Shown here piece by piece: positions 62,148 to 64,000 of a stretch of 64,000 bases of DNA (its first letter is position 1; the number at the start of each line of letters is the position of its first letter). The translations under genes were made by a program, and so were the position numbers. Under the pieces are notes generated by a model. The model ran no database searches and had not been told where the DNA came from. It was given only the letters and a program-made list of their open reading frames with translations. The stretch spans positions 4,852,259-4,916,258 of the forward strand of contig CAVNZM010000002.1 in NCBI GenBank assembly GCA_963693365.1, in the 5' to 3' direction. This DNA is from Amoebidium appalachense (lineage: Eukaryota; Protista; Ichthyosporea).

Positions 62148-63871
62148 GATGTTTGTGCGTGTGCCAGAGACGCGCTAAAAAACCAAAAAAGTATCTTTGA
62201 GCTATAGCAAGGCCAAATTCATGCTCTCGAGCCCTGTAGATGAAACAACAGCGAGATGTAACGTGTAATTTCACGCAAACGGTACTATGTATGTATGTTA
62301 GGAATCGCGAAGCTAATAAAAAAGAATATCTATAAAAAGCTGTGAGTGTTAGCGCTTTACGAACCAACGTTTGTTCTGTGTGGTCGCCCCTACTCATCTG
62401 CAAACTACTCCCTGCATCTCTAAAACGTTTTACCGCTCAGTCCCACTGCTCAAAAGCCCCTAGAACATCGCGATAAGCCCGCTTAGAGCCCGTGTGTTTC
62501 AAGTTACTAAGTAGCTATGAATACTAGTCGGACGTTGTAAGGCTCCCAGAAACTTCCAAACTGTTGGCCAGGAAGAGATATCATGTCACGTATGTGAAGC
62601 GACCTCCGAGTGTTGGCTGCTCATACTGCCACTGCCCCCTTCAAAGCTGCGTTTGTGTTTGTGTGACGGTCGCAGATGATTTGACAGCATGTGATAAATT
62701 GAGATCCAACATCATTCCCCCTAAACTAGTGCGAGGTGCTTGAATTCTCGATTGCTGTGACGCGTGCATGGGCGTTTTCAGCGAGTATAATGGGAATCTG
62801 CATCATATGCGGACACAAATGACATAAAAAAGCACTAAAAATGCATTATCGACATAAAAAAAGATACTTTTGAGCAGTTTTTCCGCGAGAAAGTCAACAC
62901 TCGATTCACATCTCGCCTCTCCATTATCCATGAGCACATCAATAAAGTCATCATAAAAACAACGGATCAATAAACCCGGAAAAAAGGAAAATAAAAACAT
63001 AAACTGTTGTAGTTTGATGGACAGATCTAAGGAGACGGTCCTGGTACTTAGGGCAACCAACCAAATCAGCTTATTTTAATGCGTGGTATGTGCATCTTTG
63101 CTCAAGTTCAGGGGTTGAATTACGACACAGACCCCAAATCGTCGTATTTACGATTAAGCCCAGGGAGTCAATACGTGTAGCGCTGCGAGGTGCTGTATTG
63201 GTCTTTCTTAACAGTGAAATAGGCCACAAAAGTGTATTTTGGTGTGTATTTATACAAAATGGGTGGTTTCTCGGGTAAAAGGTGGTCAGGTGGTTACTTT
63301 TGCACTCCAGATCGGAATATGAAGCCCTGCTGTGTCTATAGGGGTGTGTACTACGCTAAGGGAGTGTAAAATCAACTGAAATTGGTCATCAAATTTAAAC
63401 ATATGAGGGGTCTATTGCGTAAACCCCTCTACACGAACAAAACAACAAGTGACCAAAGGACACCAGCTGGCAAAGGTACAAGTGCACGTGTATGCGTGAA
63501 ACTAGTTTGCTCCAACTAGTCAGATGCATCGATGTTGACCAGACCACACTCCGCAAGAAGACATCATTACTGCTGCTTCAACAGGCCCCACTCAAAACCT
63601 ACCGGAGCACAGCAAGCAAGTCAGCCCTTTAAAGAGCAATGCAGACCAAATCCGAACAAGAAAACAATCTCCACGGGCCCGGCCCCTAGAAACCCCGCAG
63701 TAACTGCATCTAGCTCCCTGATAAGGTGGCCTAGTTGTGGCAGGACACACAGGAAAACACAATTACAGAATGCATGCAAGCAAACCCGGTTATTGCCATA
63801 CGACTGGAGGCTAAGAACTGGCAGTCACTGGGAAAGCTCCCCGACGACCCAGTAGCCGCCCCTCCACTCAC

Positions 63872-64000
63872 GAAATAGCTGAAGAAGTTGCAGCAGCCCA
63901 CCGCCAATAGGTCGCGTAGAAGCATAGACAGCGTGTAGAAGTTACCGTGGGTTGCAGTGGACCTCCAGGCGTTGAAGAAACACTTCTCAAGCGAGAAACT
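63872..64000 (-). CDS. Possible internal exon of a gene entering from beyond the window (unidentified)
   Basis: Repeat-free, two open frames, ends at a strong donor (TATTTC|gtgagt). No family recognised. Confidence 0.25.

Overview
Eukaryotic, intron-rich genomic DNA. The gene content would fit a unicellular relative of animals, but that is inference only. Introns are packed with poly(G)/poly(C) tracts and (GT)n/(CA)n repeats, so almost the whole ORF track is low-complexity noise. Splicing by hand gives five identifiable genes: GILT/IFI30 (-), RPS15 (-) head-to-head with UTP6 (+), an ACSF2-like acyl-CoA synthetase (+), and a 23-kb Unc13/Munc13-family gene (-) in which two C1 zinc fingers appear inserted inside a C2 domain. 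There are also two weak unidentified gene fragments, a fold-back element and a 2-kb TIR element. The most striking unexplained signal is a dispersed 120-340 bp intronic repeat family. It carries an RNA structure that covaries between divergent copies, with hammerhead-like core fragments. Copies are 5'-truncated with a fixed 3' end abutting poly(C), and every intronic copy I could orient is sense to its host gene. It is a candidate non-autonomous retroelement (possibly Penelope-like) with a non-canonical ribozyme or RNA switch.
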